Source: Macrostomum lignano (Eukaryota). From it: a stretch of 64,000 nucleotides of DNA. How positions within the stretch are numbered: the first letter of the stretch is position 1; each line of letters starts with the position of its first letter. The stretch covers positions 165,807 to 229,806 of the forward strand of contig NIVC01001474.1 of assembly GCA_002269645.1 (NCBI GenBank), given 5' to 3'. A program made the translations under genes and the position numbers. Positions 17,739 through 27,391 of the stretch are shown in pieces. A model generated the notes under the pieces. That model had not been told where the DNA came from. It was given only the letters and a program-made list of their open reading frames with translations, and made no database searches.

Positions 17739-18953
17739 TCAAACAATCAATCTATCAAAAAACAGATCAATCCATCGATCAATCTCACTGTCGCACTCTC
17801 CGCCGCTATTATCCAACTCCGAGTCCCACCGCTCCCAGGAGTCCAGTGCGCACTCGGACTCCGCATCGTCAACCCCGGGAACGAAGGCCCAGCCGCGCCG
17901 GGTTCGAGTCTCGTCTGAGGCCCGCAGGCGGAGCAGGTGAACCCGGCCTGGGTAGGCGGACTGGAGTGACAGATCAGGGAGACTGAGGTCATCCTTCACA
18001 AGCTCTAATTATCACTTTAGTAATGAAAATGACTTATAGCAATCAAAATATCCTTAGCAACTAGGAATTATCGTAACAACTGGGAATAACCCTAGCAACC
18101 AGGAATAGACATTGCAACCCCTGAATATCCCTAGCAAACCGGAAATACACTAGCAACCGGGAGTAACCCTAGCAACCGGGAAATAGCCATAGCAACTGGG
18201 AATAACCCTAGCAACCGGGAATAACCTTAGCAACCGGGAATAACCCTAGCAACCGTAAATAACCCAGCAACCAGGAATAACCCTAGCAACCGAGAATAAC
18301 CCTAGCAACCGGGAATGACGCTAGCAACCGGGAATAACTTTAGCAACCGGGAATAGCCATAGAAACCGGGAATGACCCTAGCAACCGGGAATAGCCATAG
18401 AAACCGGGAATGACCCTAGCAACCGGGAATAGCCAGAGCAACCGGGAATAACTCTAGCAACCGGGTATAACATTAGCTACAAAGAAAAGAATCGCTACTT
18501 TGGAAAAAAGCAAATCCTTATCAAACCCTAGAAACCGTAGACACACTCAAAAACAGTCAGTCAGGACAATACCCTCACCAGAAAGTATTGGATATCGCTA
18601 GGCCTGCGTACATCTGACACCACCCAGAGCCCGTCAGGAGGCGGTTGCGCCATCTGCACCGCCAGCCGGCAGAAGCAGCCAGGATCGGCAGCTCGCAGCC
18701 GCTCACCCCAGGCGATCATGTCAGCCCTGAAGGCCTCCTTGTACTCTGTGGAATCCGCCAGTCGGTCTGCATCGAGTTGGTGCAGCCTGGCGTACTCCGC
18801 CTTCAGCGGCTGGCTGACTCGAACGCAAGCGGCTGGAAAGTTGCGCTCAGCCGCGGCGGCTAATATTCGAGAGGTCACGTGATCTTTGCCGGATTTGCGC
18901 TTGCCGGAGATCAGCAGCAGCTGGCGAGGCTTGGGACTGCAGTTTGAGGCCGA
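17739..18953 (-). CDS. PMVK: Phosphomevalonate kinase (animal type), 2 exons; start Met not genomically encoded
   Basis: Exons 18953-18579 and 17960-17739 (phase 0, gtgagg...tccag). [54 protein letters not shown]. No in-frame ATG before the P-loop. Confidence 0.92.
18050..18480. repeat. 19-20-bp minisatellite with CCCTAGCAAC core (PMVK intron)
   Basis: Unit aaccctagcaaccgggaat. Confidence 0.9.
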
Positions 18954-18972
18954 CTGCGGTTGAGATGAAAGC
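18954..18972 (-). promoter_or_regulatory. Putative trans-splice acceptor of PMVK
   Basis: Minus strand ...gctttcatctcaaccgcag|TCG GCC TCA AAC; pyrimidine tract plus CAG in phase 0 with the ORF. Confidence 0.6.
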
Positions 18973-19082
18973 GGTGGGACGAATCCAGTTAATATCCTGT
19001 ACACACACTCGGGCTTTGGAGTGGCACTTGGCGCAGATGCTTAACCTTCTTGAGGATGATATATGTATGAGGGAATAAAAGA

Positions 19083-19790
19083 TTAAGGGAGAAATGGAGG
19101 ATGGGGAGCTGAAGGGAGAAATGGGGAGGAAGAGATGAAGGGAGAAATGAGATAGACAAGGGATGATGGGAGAAAAGGTTACAGAAAGAGATGAAGGGAG
19201 AGATGAAGTAAGAAATGGGAAAAGGGGAAGATGCAGGGAGAAATAGGGAGAAATGAGGAGAGGGAGAGATGAAGGGAGAAATGGGGAGAGGAGATGGTGG
19301 AAATAGGGAGGGAGAGATGAAGGGAGAGATGGGGAGAGGAGATGGTGGAAATAGGGAGGGAGAGATGAAGGGAGAGATGGGGAGGAAGAGATGAAGGGAG
19401 AAATGAGATATACGAGGGATGGTGGGAGAAAAGGTTACAGAAAGAGATAAAGGGAGAGATGGAGTAAGAAATGGGGAAAGGGGAAGATGAAGGGAGAAAT
19501 GAAGAGAGAAGATGCAGGGAGAAATAGGGAGAAATAAGGAGAGGGAGAGATAAAGGGAAAGATGGGGAGAGGGGGGAGATGAAGGGAGAAATATGGAGAG
19601 AAGGAGATGAAGGGAGAGATGAGGAGAGGGATTGGGATAGATGAAGGCAGAAATTGGTAGAGGAGATGAGGGAGAAATGAGATAGACGAGGGATGAAGAG
19701 AGGAAAGGTTAAAGGTAGAGATGAAGGGAGAAATAGGGAAAGGGAAATGAAGGGAGGGATGAGAGAAACCGAAGAGATGAAGGGAGGATA
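19083..19790. repeat. Purine-rich degenerate repeat upstream of PMVK
   Basis: gagatgaagggagaaatggggag-like units. Confidence 0.85.
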
Positions 19791-20324
19791 GAAAGTGAGA
19801 GTTGGAAGGCAGATGCATAGATAAGGAACTCATGTAGGAGAAGCCAACACCCCAACAGAGCCAGAAAGCTCACTAGCCATATAAAAGCTGCCATCAATTC
19901 AGGACTTTAAGCATATAACACATAGGCCTAGTGCTGTGGCCCCAGTATCTTTTTGTTAGTAGACTTTCAAGTTCCAGCACTAAGAATTATTACTATGAAT
20001 ATTAGTAGCCACTGGCAAGTTGAACACCAGCACAGTGAGAAAGGCAAACAAAACGCATAAAGTATACAGGCGTTAATGCTATTACTAATGTGGACAGATA
20101 CTATAATTTATAAAACTTGTGTGCTCAACGATACGGGGGCGTAGCTGAACTGCTGATTAGCAGGTTAATACGATGGATTTTAGATAATTCTCGACCTTCA
20201 TTGTCCCGCAGAAGCGTTGCAACATTTCTGGATAGCACACGGATATTGCAGTAGGAATTTTGAAAACATTTTCTAAGTGGGGCGCTTTATATTCCCGAAG
20301 TTTTACAATCTCAAAGTTTTTTAA

Positions 20325-20815
20325 AATCCTCAATAGTTCACAACCACAATGTTCACAATCCCCAATAGTTCACAACCACAATGTTCACAATCCCCAATAG
20401 TTCACAATCACGAATAGTTCACAATCACGAATAGTTCACAATCCCCAATAGTTCACAATCCCCAATAGTTGACAATCCCCAATAGTTCACAATCCCCAAT
20501 AGTTCACAATCCCCAATAGTTCACAATCCCCAATAGTTCACAATCCCCAATAATTCACAATCCCCAATAGTTCACAATCCCCAATAGTTCACAATCCCCA
20601 ATAGTTGACAATCCCCAATAGTTTACAAACCCAAATAGTTCACCATCCCTAATAGTTCACAATCCCAAATAGTTCACAATCCCGAATAGTTCACAATCCC
20701 CAATAGTTCACAATCCCGAATAGTTCACAATCCCTAATAGTTCACAAAAATACAATAGTTCACAATTCAGAATAGTTCACAATCTTGAATAGTTCACAAT
20801 CCCCAATAGATCACA
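20325..20815. repeat. 17-bp minisatellite
   Basis: Unit aatagttcacaatcccc. Confidence 0.92.
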
Positions 20816-22070
20816 AAAGGTTTCATAAACGTGACTAATATTCCGAATTATAGTCTGTGAACTAACTCCATAAAAATTGGTAAAGTTTAAGCAGCCCATA
20901 TTCTGTGTTTGAGGTGTCGAAAAGTTGAATTTTATTTGATTATAATGTCAACCTTATCAACTATATTTAGGCTAACGCAAGGAATGAAAACGAACACCCT
21001 AGCGGACTGCAAGCCGAAACAAAACTAAGTGCTTCTCCAACGAAAACAACAAGTTTACAAGATTAAAAACCTGCTAAAAACGCCCTGTTTATAAATTAGA
21101 CTAACTGGATATTTTCTCTACACAAAATAAACAAAAGTCTGGCATGCATTCTACTTAATGAGCTGGTTTTGTTGGCCAAGAATTGCCAAGAGCCTGGCTC
21201 AAGGATTGCATAGAAATGATCAAGGTTGTTTTCTTAAAACTGTGTATGAGTGCTGTGCCTTCAGTGAATTTCCGTCAGTAGCTGGCTGTGAGCTTGAAGA
21301 AAAGCTACAGAATTACACAATTTTTTAATCATACTGCCAGTTTTTTAAATAAAATTTAATGAATGAATTCGCCAACAAGTTGCACAACTCGGAAGCTTTT
21401 GTTAGCTTCGGGACAATCTGCGAAAATTTATATTATTTAGCATAGCAAATATTAATTAACAAATTAATACACACGGTAAAATTTATCCATAAAAACTGCT
21501 TGCAAAACAACTGATGCTAAAACTCTCCCTTAGTGATTTTTAAAAAAATTCGATATGTTTGCATTCATGCTTAAACCAGATTAAAGAGAAGGCACAAATT
21601 CTTTTGGAGCCAAATATTTGTAGCATAACAGGTAGAAAAAGCTGAAAAAGTGATGGTAAAACAGGGGTAAAATGCTTACTAAATAAATAATGATGTACAA
21701 TATTAGTAGCAATATATAATAAGTAATAAAGGTGAATAATCAGTTGTCGGTGTCAAAATTTCGCAACTAAGTATTAATAAGTCATGAATCATGCAATTAA
21801 AAAATCTGGCCAAAAAACGGAGCACACAATATTGATTTTATTGACTTATTCCAAAGCTAAAATATAGAAAAAGAGCGTCATAAAAAATTCGATGCACATA
21901 CACCTGTTGTTTCACTGCAAACAATAATACTGATATGATAGGATAAAGACTTCATGCAAATACCAGAACAAGGACTACTGACATTGCAAATAACAATTCT
22001 TTTAGCTGAGATGGCATTAAAAACGCACAGATGGCATAGAAGTTGATTGTCAATCCATCACAACCAGCAT

Positions 22071-24041
22071 TCAGTCAGTCCCGCCGGTGTCCAAGCAGCC
22101 CCGCGCGCTCCACACCATCTTGACGCACTCTTCGGCGTCGTTAAACCACCGATGCGGCCGTCTGACACGACGCTGCAGCAGGCGGATTAGCGACAACAGT
22201 CGGGCCTCGAAACGCGAGTTCAGCTCGTTAGCTAAGAGTGGCGCGGAAGTGGAGAATGAGGACACGAACTCGGCTACAACCCCGACAGTTGATTCCACCT
22301 CGGCTTTGATTGTTGGATCGACAACAAAATTGGCAACATCGTCTAAATTGTTTTTATCGGCACCCTCGACTTCGCTCTTATCGTCCTTAGCAATCGCATC
22401 AATCCATCTAGGCTCCAACGCCAACAAGCCATCATACAGTGGCCACTCATTGGTGCAAGCAACACAGTCGCAGTCGAACAAATACTGAGCCGCAAGACTT
22501 TCTTGACGCTGCTGTTTCGGATGCACAGCCCAATGCAAACCGTAGTTGTCAAGGAGCTCCTCGCCTTTAGCAATCGGTCGGAGAGCTCGAATCTCCAGTC
22601 TCAAACCGGGACAAGTGACTCGCGATACATTCGGATCGCAAGAATGATTAATTAAACTAGCCGTTGGATACACAGCCGACCCAATATCTCTGATAGTCAG
22701 TGCAGAAATATCCACTGAGCTGCCATTGTCAGTACTACTACTAGTAGTCAGCCTACTTGGCGGAGCGGACAATGCAGTTACATCGTGAGCATTGCACGGC
22801 ACCAGCATCAGATGGCGCAGCAGTGCTGCAACAAGTGGGGCGGCTACATCTAGCTGAGAATTTGACTCAGACTCGACACTGAGCAGCAGAGCCATCTGGC
22901 AGGCAACGGCGACTCGCTGAGCCAAATCGCGACTCTCTCGCTGTCGTTCTCCAGCTACCAAAGCCAGCACCGATTGATAATCGCCAGCAGATCCGAATAC
23001 CGATTCGAAATCTTTGAAATTCTTCGCCTTAGCAACAGCTTGAGCAGCGGAAACCGGACCGCCAGCAGCGATCACGGTGGCGAAAGCGAGCCGACCAATG
23101 CTCGCATTGAATGCGGAGTCCAACCAGCCAGCCAGCCAGCCGCATTCCACCCTGTGGACCGGGTCGTTATCCCGACAAGTCTCCGAGCAGAAGCCAACAA
23201 CTGAGCAGTCGCTACAGGGCAGCAACCGTTGGCAAGGTGCCAAGCAGGCTGAGCAGTGACTATCGCGAAGATTTGACAGTAGAATGGCGCTGAAAGCCGG
23301 CTCAGAGACCAACAGGTCTCCAACATCGACGTCTTCAAGAGCAACAAGACAGCGACCGCGACTCTCGTCTGCCAGAGCGAGCTGCAACTTGGCGCTGGCG
23401 TGCGGCAGCTGGGGATTAAAATCCCGCAACAACGATTGAGATGCTGCTGCTGGCTGGGAAACACTTGAGGATTTCGACACTGACATTCTCTTCTGACAGT
23501 CAGCGATGCGACCTGTCAGCTTACCGGCCCGCTCGTCGCCATACGGCAACCGTAGAGCCGCTTCAGCATCGGCTATGGCTTCCGCATAGCAACCGAGACG
23601 TTTGAACACCAGCGAACGGTTGGCAAAAGCCACGGCAAGATCCGAGCTACCTGGCTGGGCGTGCCGGATGCATTCAGAAAATCGTAGCGCCGCTAAACGC
23701 AGCAGGCCGCAGTCGAGGGCTTCCAGACCGGCCGAACGAGCTTCCGCTAGGCGAGCTGGACTCTTGGCGTCGCTAGGCAACGGACGCTGATGCTTTGTCC
23801 AGACGGTGGCACTTCTGGCAGCATAGTTAGACCAATCAATCGAGGCAAGCACTCGTTCGGCAAGACGAAGTTCGAATTCCATGGATGCCGTGGAATCGTT
23901 GAGAATATTGGTTGCTTCGTTTGAGCCTAGCCAGTCAAGAGCTGCGGCTGCAGCTTTAGTACCGAGCGACTTCATTGACTGCAGCATGCTGCTGCTCTTG
24001 ACTGGGGATGCCATTTGTCTGTTAGAGCTCTCGACTGGCAT
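22071..24041 (-). CDS. SMYD4: SET and MYND domain protein, SMYD4-like, intronless (~650 aa; start at 24041 or 24014)
   Basis: TPR-like region (LAVAFANRSLVFKRLGCYAEAIADA), split SET (RGRCLVALEDVDVGDLL...LINHSCDPN...GEELLDNY), MYND finger (CSACL...CSDC...FCSETC...HRVEC), post-SET FDCDCVAC. The ORF track start at 24185 is a non-ATG codon. Confidence 0.85.
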   Translation of the reverse strand: MPVESSNRQMASPVKSSSMLQSMKSLGTKAAAAALDWLGSNEATNILNDSTASMEFELRLAERVLASIDWSNYAARSATVWTKHQRPLPSDAKSPARLAEARSAGLEALDCGLLRLAALRFSECIRHAQPGSSDLAVAFANRSLVFKRLGCYAEAIADAEAALRLPYGDERAGKLTGRIADCQKRMSVSKSSSVSQPAAASQSLLRDFNPQLPHASAKLQLALADESRGRCLVALEDVDVGDLLVSEPAFSAILLSNLRDSHCSACLAPCQRLLPCSDCSVVGFCSETCRDNDPVHRVECGWLAGWLDSAFNASIGRLAFATVIAAGGPVSAAQAVAKAKNFKDFESVFGSAGDYQSVLALVAGERQRESRDLAQRVAVACQMALLLSVESESNSQLDVAAPLVAALLRHLMLVPCNAHDVTALSAPPSRLTTSSSTDNGSSVDISALTIRDIGSAVYPTASLINHSCDPNVSRVTCPGLRLEIRALRPIAKGEELLDNYGLHWAVHPKQQRQESLAAQYLFDCDCVACTNEWPLYDGLLALEPRWIDAIAKDDKSEVEGADKNNLDDVANFVVDPTIKAEVESTVGVVAEFVSSFSTSAPLLANELNSRFEARLLSLIRLLQRRVRRPHRWFNDAEECVKMVWSARGCLDTGGTD

Positions 24042-24837
24042 CAGATAATGGGTTCGATGGGTTACAGGTGAATAAGGCGTGCTCTGTACGACGAGAGTAG
24101 AAGCACGAGTACCTAAGAAGTACCTAAGACGTACGATATTCTTACATCTGCGAGTCTGTGACGCATAGGGTTTTAGGTTCGTCACCGTTCGTGTTGCATC
24201 TATGGGGTGGCGTTGTATTTAAATGGTGTTATTTTGTATCTATGGCTTAGTGTTGTATTGTATCTAGATAATGTGATGTATCTATATCATGTATGTTGTA
24301 TCTATGGTGTGTTGTATATGTAGGGTAAGTGGGGCCTAGAGTCCTATCTGCATTGATTTCGACGTTGTGAGTCTGTTTCACTGAGCTGCAATAAATAATA
24401 TCATGGCATAAAATGAAAATGATGTAGCAATGCATCAAATTATTCCTACTTAAGCTACTTAAAGTAGGATAGTAGGCATTTTATTTTATATTACTTTATA
24501 TTACTATATTACTATATTATATTACTTTAAAATATAATAAAACTAGGAAAAATAATAACCGAAACAGCTTAAAACTATCGGAGATTTTATACGTATAACA
24601 CAACAAATTTTTTTATAGAGAAAACTGATAATTGCATAGATTTGTATAACACTATGACATGCACGAAAAGCTAAAAACACACGCATTTGGTAACTGATTA
24701 ACAGACTACTTGGTTTGTAAGTTAAATACTCGTACGAGCGTATTTGTACAAAACATAAATAAACCAAAACCAAGCGATATTTATAAATGCGAAAATGTCT
24801 ATGTTTGAACGTTCAAATGGTACAAGAGAAATGTAAG

Positions 24838-26145
24838 CTAAGCAAGCTTTGAACGTTTAGTCGCGGTGGCAGAGTTGGACTCATCTGCGTTCGAATCTTC
24901 CAGTTTCTTTTTCATATCGGTGACAACTTCATCTTTGATTTTGATACTTTGATTTGAACTCTCCGACGAGGTGCGTTGAGCACTTTCCAAAGTGCGCTCT
25001 GTACTTTCAGAAATGGGTTCCAAAGTGCGCTCTGTACTTTTAGAAATGCGTTCCAAAGTGCGCTCTGTACTTTCCGAAGTACAATGTGCACTTTCCGAAG
25101 TGCATTTTGAACTTTCCAAAGTGCGTTCTGTACTTGGAATTTCGCATTTAGCTTCTTTTTGAGCTTCTCTATCGATTTTTCGATTCTGATCAGACTCGGC
25201 GAATCGCCATGGAAACCGTTCACTCTTTCGCGTATGCTTAGAAAACAGTCTCAACGGTTGCAGGCGAAGCAACGGCCTCAGCATCTCTTCGGCATCAATG
25301 CCGAGCAGTTCCCGACAGACCAACGACATGACAAGATCGCAGCGAGCATTTATACGCAGATAACTCTGAGCATCTTTCTTTGTAGACTGCAGATTAACAA
25401 TGACTAATTTGCCGCCCATTGTGGGCAGATCGGCGGCCGGCACAATCTGCAAACTGGTGCCCAGAGTCAGATTAACGGTAGCCCGACTGGAATGCTCGCG
25501 AGCTCGACGAAGATCTGCCTGTGGCAGCTGATGCTCCCAGTCTAGCACCGTGTCCAGCATCTGGCCGCCGCAGATGCCGTCAACGCTGTCACCAGCATCG
25601 CCACCGGCTTTGACGGATTTCTTTCTGCCTCGCCTAGCCGGAGCTCCGCACCGCCTCCCGGTGGCTTTCTGACCGACCGTCTCCACCGGTTGGTCTCTCG
25701 CCCGGTGCAAGCCGCACCGGCTGCACCGCTCAACAAACATATCGCCATGCAAAATCGACAACCGATTGCGAGGAAATCCAGACCGAAGGTGCAAACCGTC
25801 AACATTCTGCGTCACCAGGTAGTGAACGAATCCGGCCGTTTCCAAGGCAACCAGAGCGGCGTGAGTAAGTGTTGGTTGAGCCTCTTCAAACTTGGCCCCG
25901 GCTTCAACTGTTCGACCTTCGCGTTCCAGAGTCCAGACGCCGTTGGGGCCGCGGAAATCCGGGATTCCGGCCGAGGTGCTGACGCCAGCTCCCGTGTGGA
26001 CAACGACTCGAGCTCCGGGCTGTCGAATCAGGCCCACCAGCTGACGAGCTTTCAACTCCCAATCGGCTTGGGACTCGTGAGTTTCGGGCAGGCCCAGAGT
26101 GCCTTTGTCCGAGTATTCGGACAGCCCGGCCGAGTAGTTGGCCGA
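24838..26145 (-). CDS. SIRT6: NAD-dependent deacylase sirtuin-6, intronless; start Met not genomically encoded
   Basis: SANYSAGLSEYSDKG matches the SIRT6 N-terminus MSVNYAAGLSPYADKG; HTGAGVSTSAGIPDFRGPNGVWT, TQNVDGLH, LHGDMFVERCSRC, LDWE, LGTSLQI, IVNLQ. Confidence 0.93.
   Translation of the reverse strand, partial: SANYSAGLSEYSDKGTLGLPETHESQADWELKARQLVGLIRQPGARVVVHTGAGVSTSAGIPDFRGPNGVWTLEREGRTVEAGAKFEEAQPTLTHAALVALETAGFVHYLVTQNVDGLHLRSGFPRNRLSILHGDMFVERCSRCGLHRARDQPVETVGQKATGRRCGAPARRGRKKSVKAGGDAGDSVDGICGGQMLDTVLDWEHQLPQADLRRAREHSSRATVNLTLGTSLQIVPAADLPTMGGKLVIVNLQSTKKDAQSYLRINARCDLVMSLVCRELLGIDAEEMLRPLLRLQPLRLFSKHTRKSERFPWRFAESDQNRKIDREAQKEAKCEIPSTERTLESSKCTSESAHCTSESTERTLERISKSTERTLEPISESTERTLESAQRTSSESSNQSIKIKDEVVTDMKKKLEDSNADESNSATATKRSKLA
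24981..25137 (-). repeat. 33-bp coding minisatellite in the SIRT6 C-terminal tail
   Basis: ttccaaagtgcgctctgtactttcagaaatggg-type units encoding (S)TERTLE.. repeats. Confidence 0.8.
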
Positions 26146-26168
26146 CTGGAGGTGGGAGGGAGGAGATG
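26146..26168 (-). promoter_or_regulatory. Putative trans-splice acceptor of SIRT6
   Basis: Minus strand catctcctccctcccacctccag|TCG GCC AAC TAC; the CAG occupies the Met1 codon position. Confidence 0.75.
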
Positions 26169-26254
26169 AACTGTTGGTGTGTTGCCGTACCGACTAATGT
26201 TTTTCTATAACGTTATGGACCTTAATCATCTCTATTCTCTCTAAAAAATCCCTG

Positions 26255-27115
26255 CCATCTCTAAACCCCCTTAATCTCATTTATCTGTTCTCTCCCCCAA
26301 TCACAGCCATCTCTAATCCCCCTCAATCCCATTTATCTCTGTTCTCTCCCCCAATCACAGCCATCTCTAATCCCCCTCAATCCCATTTATCTCTGTTCTC
26401 TCCCCCAATCACAGCCATCTCTAATCCCCCTTAATCTCATTTATCTGTTCTCTCCCCCAATCACAGCCATCTCTAATCCCCCTCAATCTCATTTATCTGT
26501 TCTCTCCCCCAATCACAGCCATCTCTAATCCCCATTAATCCCATTTATCTCTGTTCTCTACCCCAATCACAGCCATCTCTAATCCCCCTCAATCTCATTT
26601 ATCTCTGTTCTCTCCCCCAATCACAGCCATCTCTAATCCCCCTCAATCCCATTTATCTCTGTTCTCTCCCCCAATCACAGCCATCTCTAATCCCCCTCAA
26701 TCTCATTTATCTCTGTTCTCTACCCCAATCACAGCCATCTCTAATCCCCCTCAATCTCATTTATCTCTGTTCTCTACCCCAATCACAGCCATTTCTAATC
26801 CCCCTTAATCCCATTTATCTCTGTTCTCTGCCCCAATCACAGCCATATCTAATCTCCCTTAATCTCATATATCTCTGTTCTCTACCCCAATCACAGCCAT
26901 ATCTAATCCCCCTTAATCTCATTATCTCTGTTCTACCCCAATCCCAGCCATCTCTAATCTCCCTTAATCTCATTTATCTCTGTTCTCTCCCCCAATCACA
27001 GCCATCTCTAGATCTTAATCTCAATTAATCTCAATTCTCTAAGAATCCCAGCCATTTCTAATCTCCAACCCAGTCTCAATTCATTTCTATTACCTTCCCT
27101 AATCACAGTCATCTC
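26255..27115. repeat. ~54-bp minisatellite between the DGAT1-like gene and SIRT6
   Basis: Unit atctctaatccccctcaatctcatttatctctgttctctcccccaatcacagcc. Confidence 0.93.
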
Positions 27116-27391
27116 TAGACTCACTCAGTCTACCTCAAATCTATTCTCTCCTGAAATCTAACATGGACTTTCATTTTAGAATCCAAGACACAATAATAGT
27201 ACAAAAAAGTATACAGAAAGTCTGTATATGGATAGGAAAACAAAAGAAATGTTTATTGCCCCAACAGCATTGTTTATTTATAGAATTTTAATCAACAAAA
27301 TTTAAAGAGTTAACAACAGAAAATTAGATTGCTAATATTATGTCAATCGTTGCAAATATCTACACAGAAAACGACATTAGTCAGTTTAATG

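Noticed and set aside
22087-26169. Plus-strand ORFs overlapping SMYD4 and SIRT6 (e.g. 133 aa, 159 aa)
   Set aside because: Antisense shadows of GC-rich coding sequence with no recognisable motifs.
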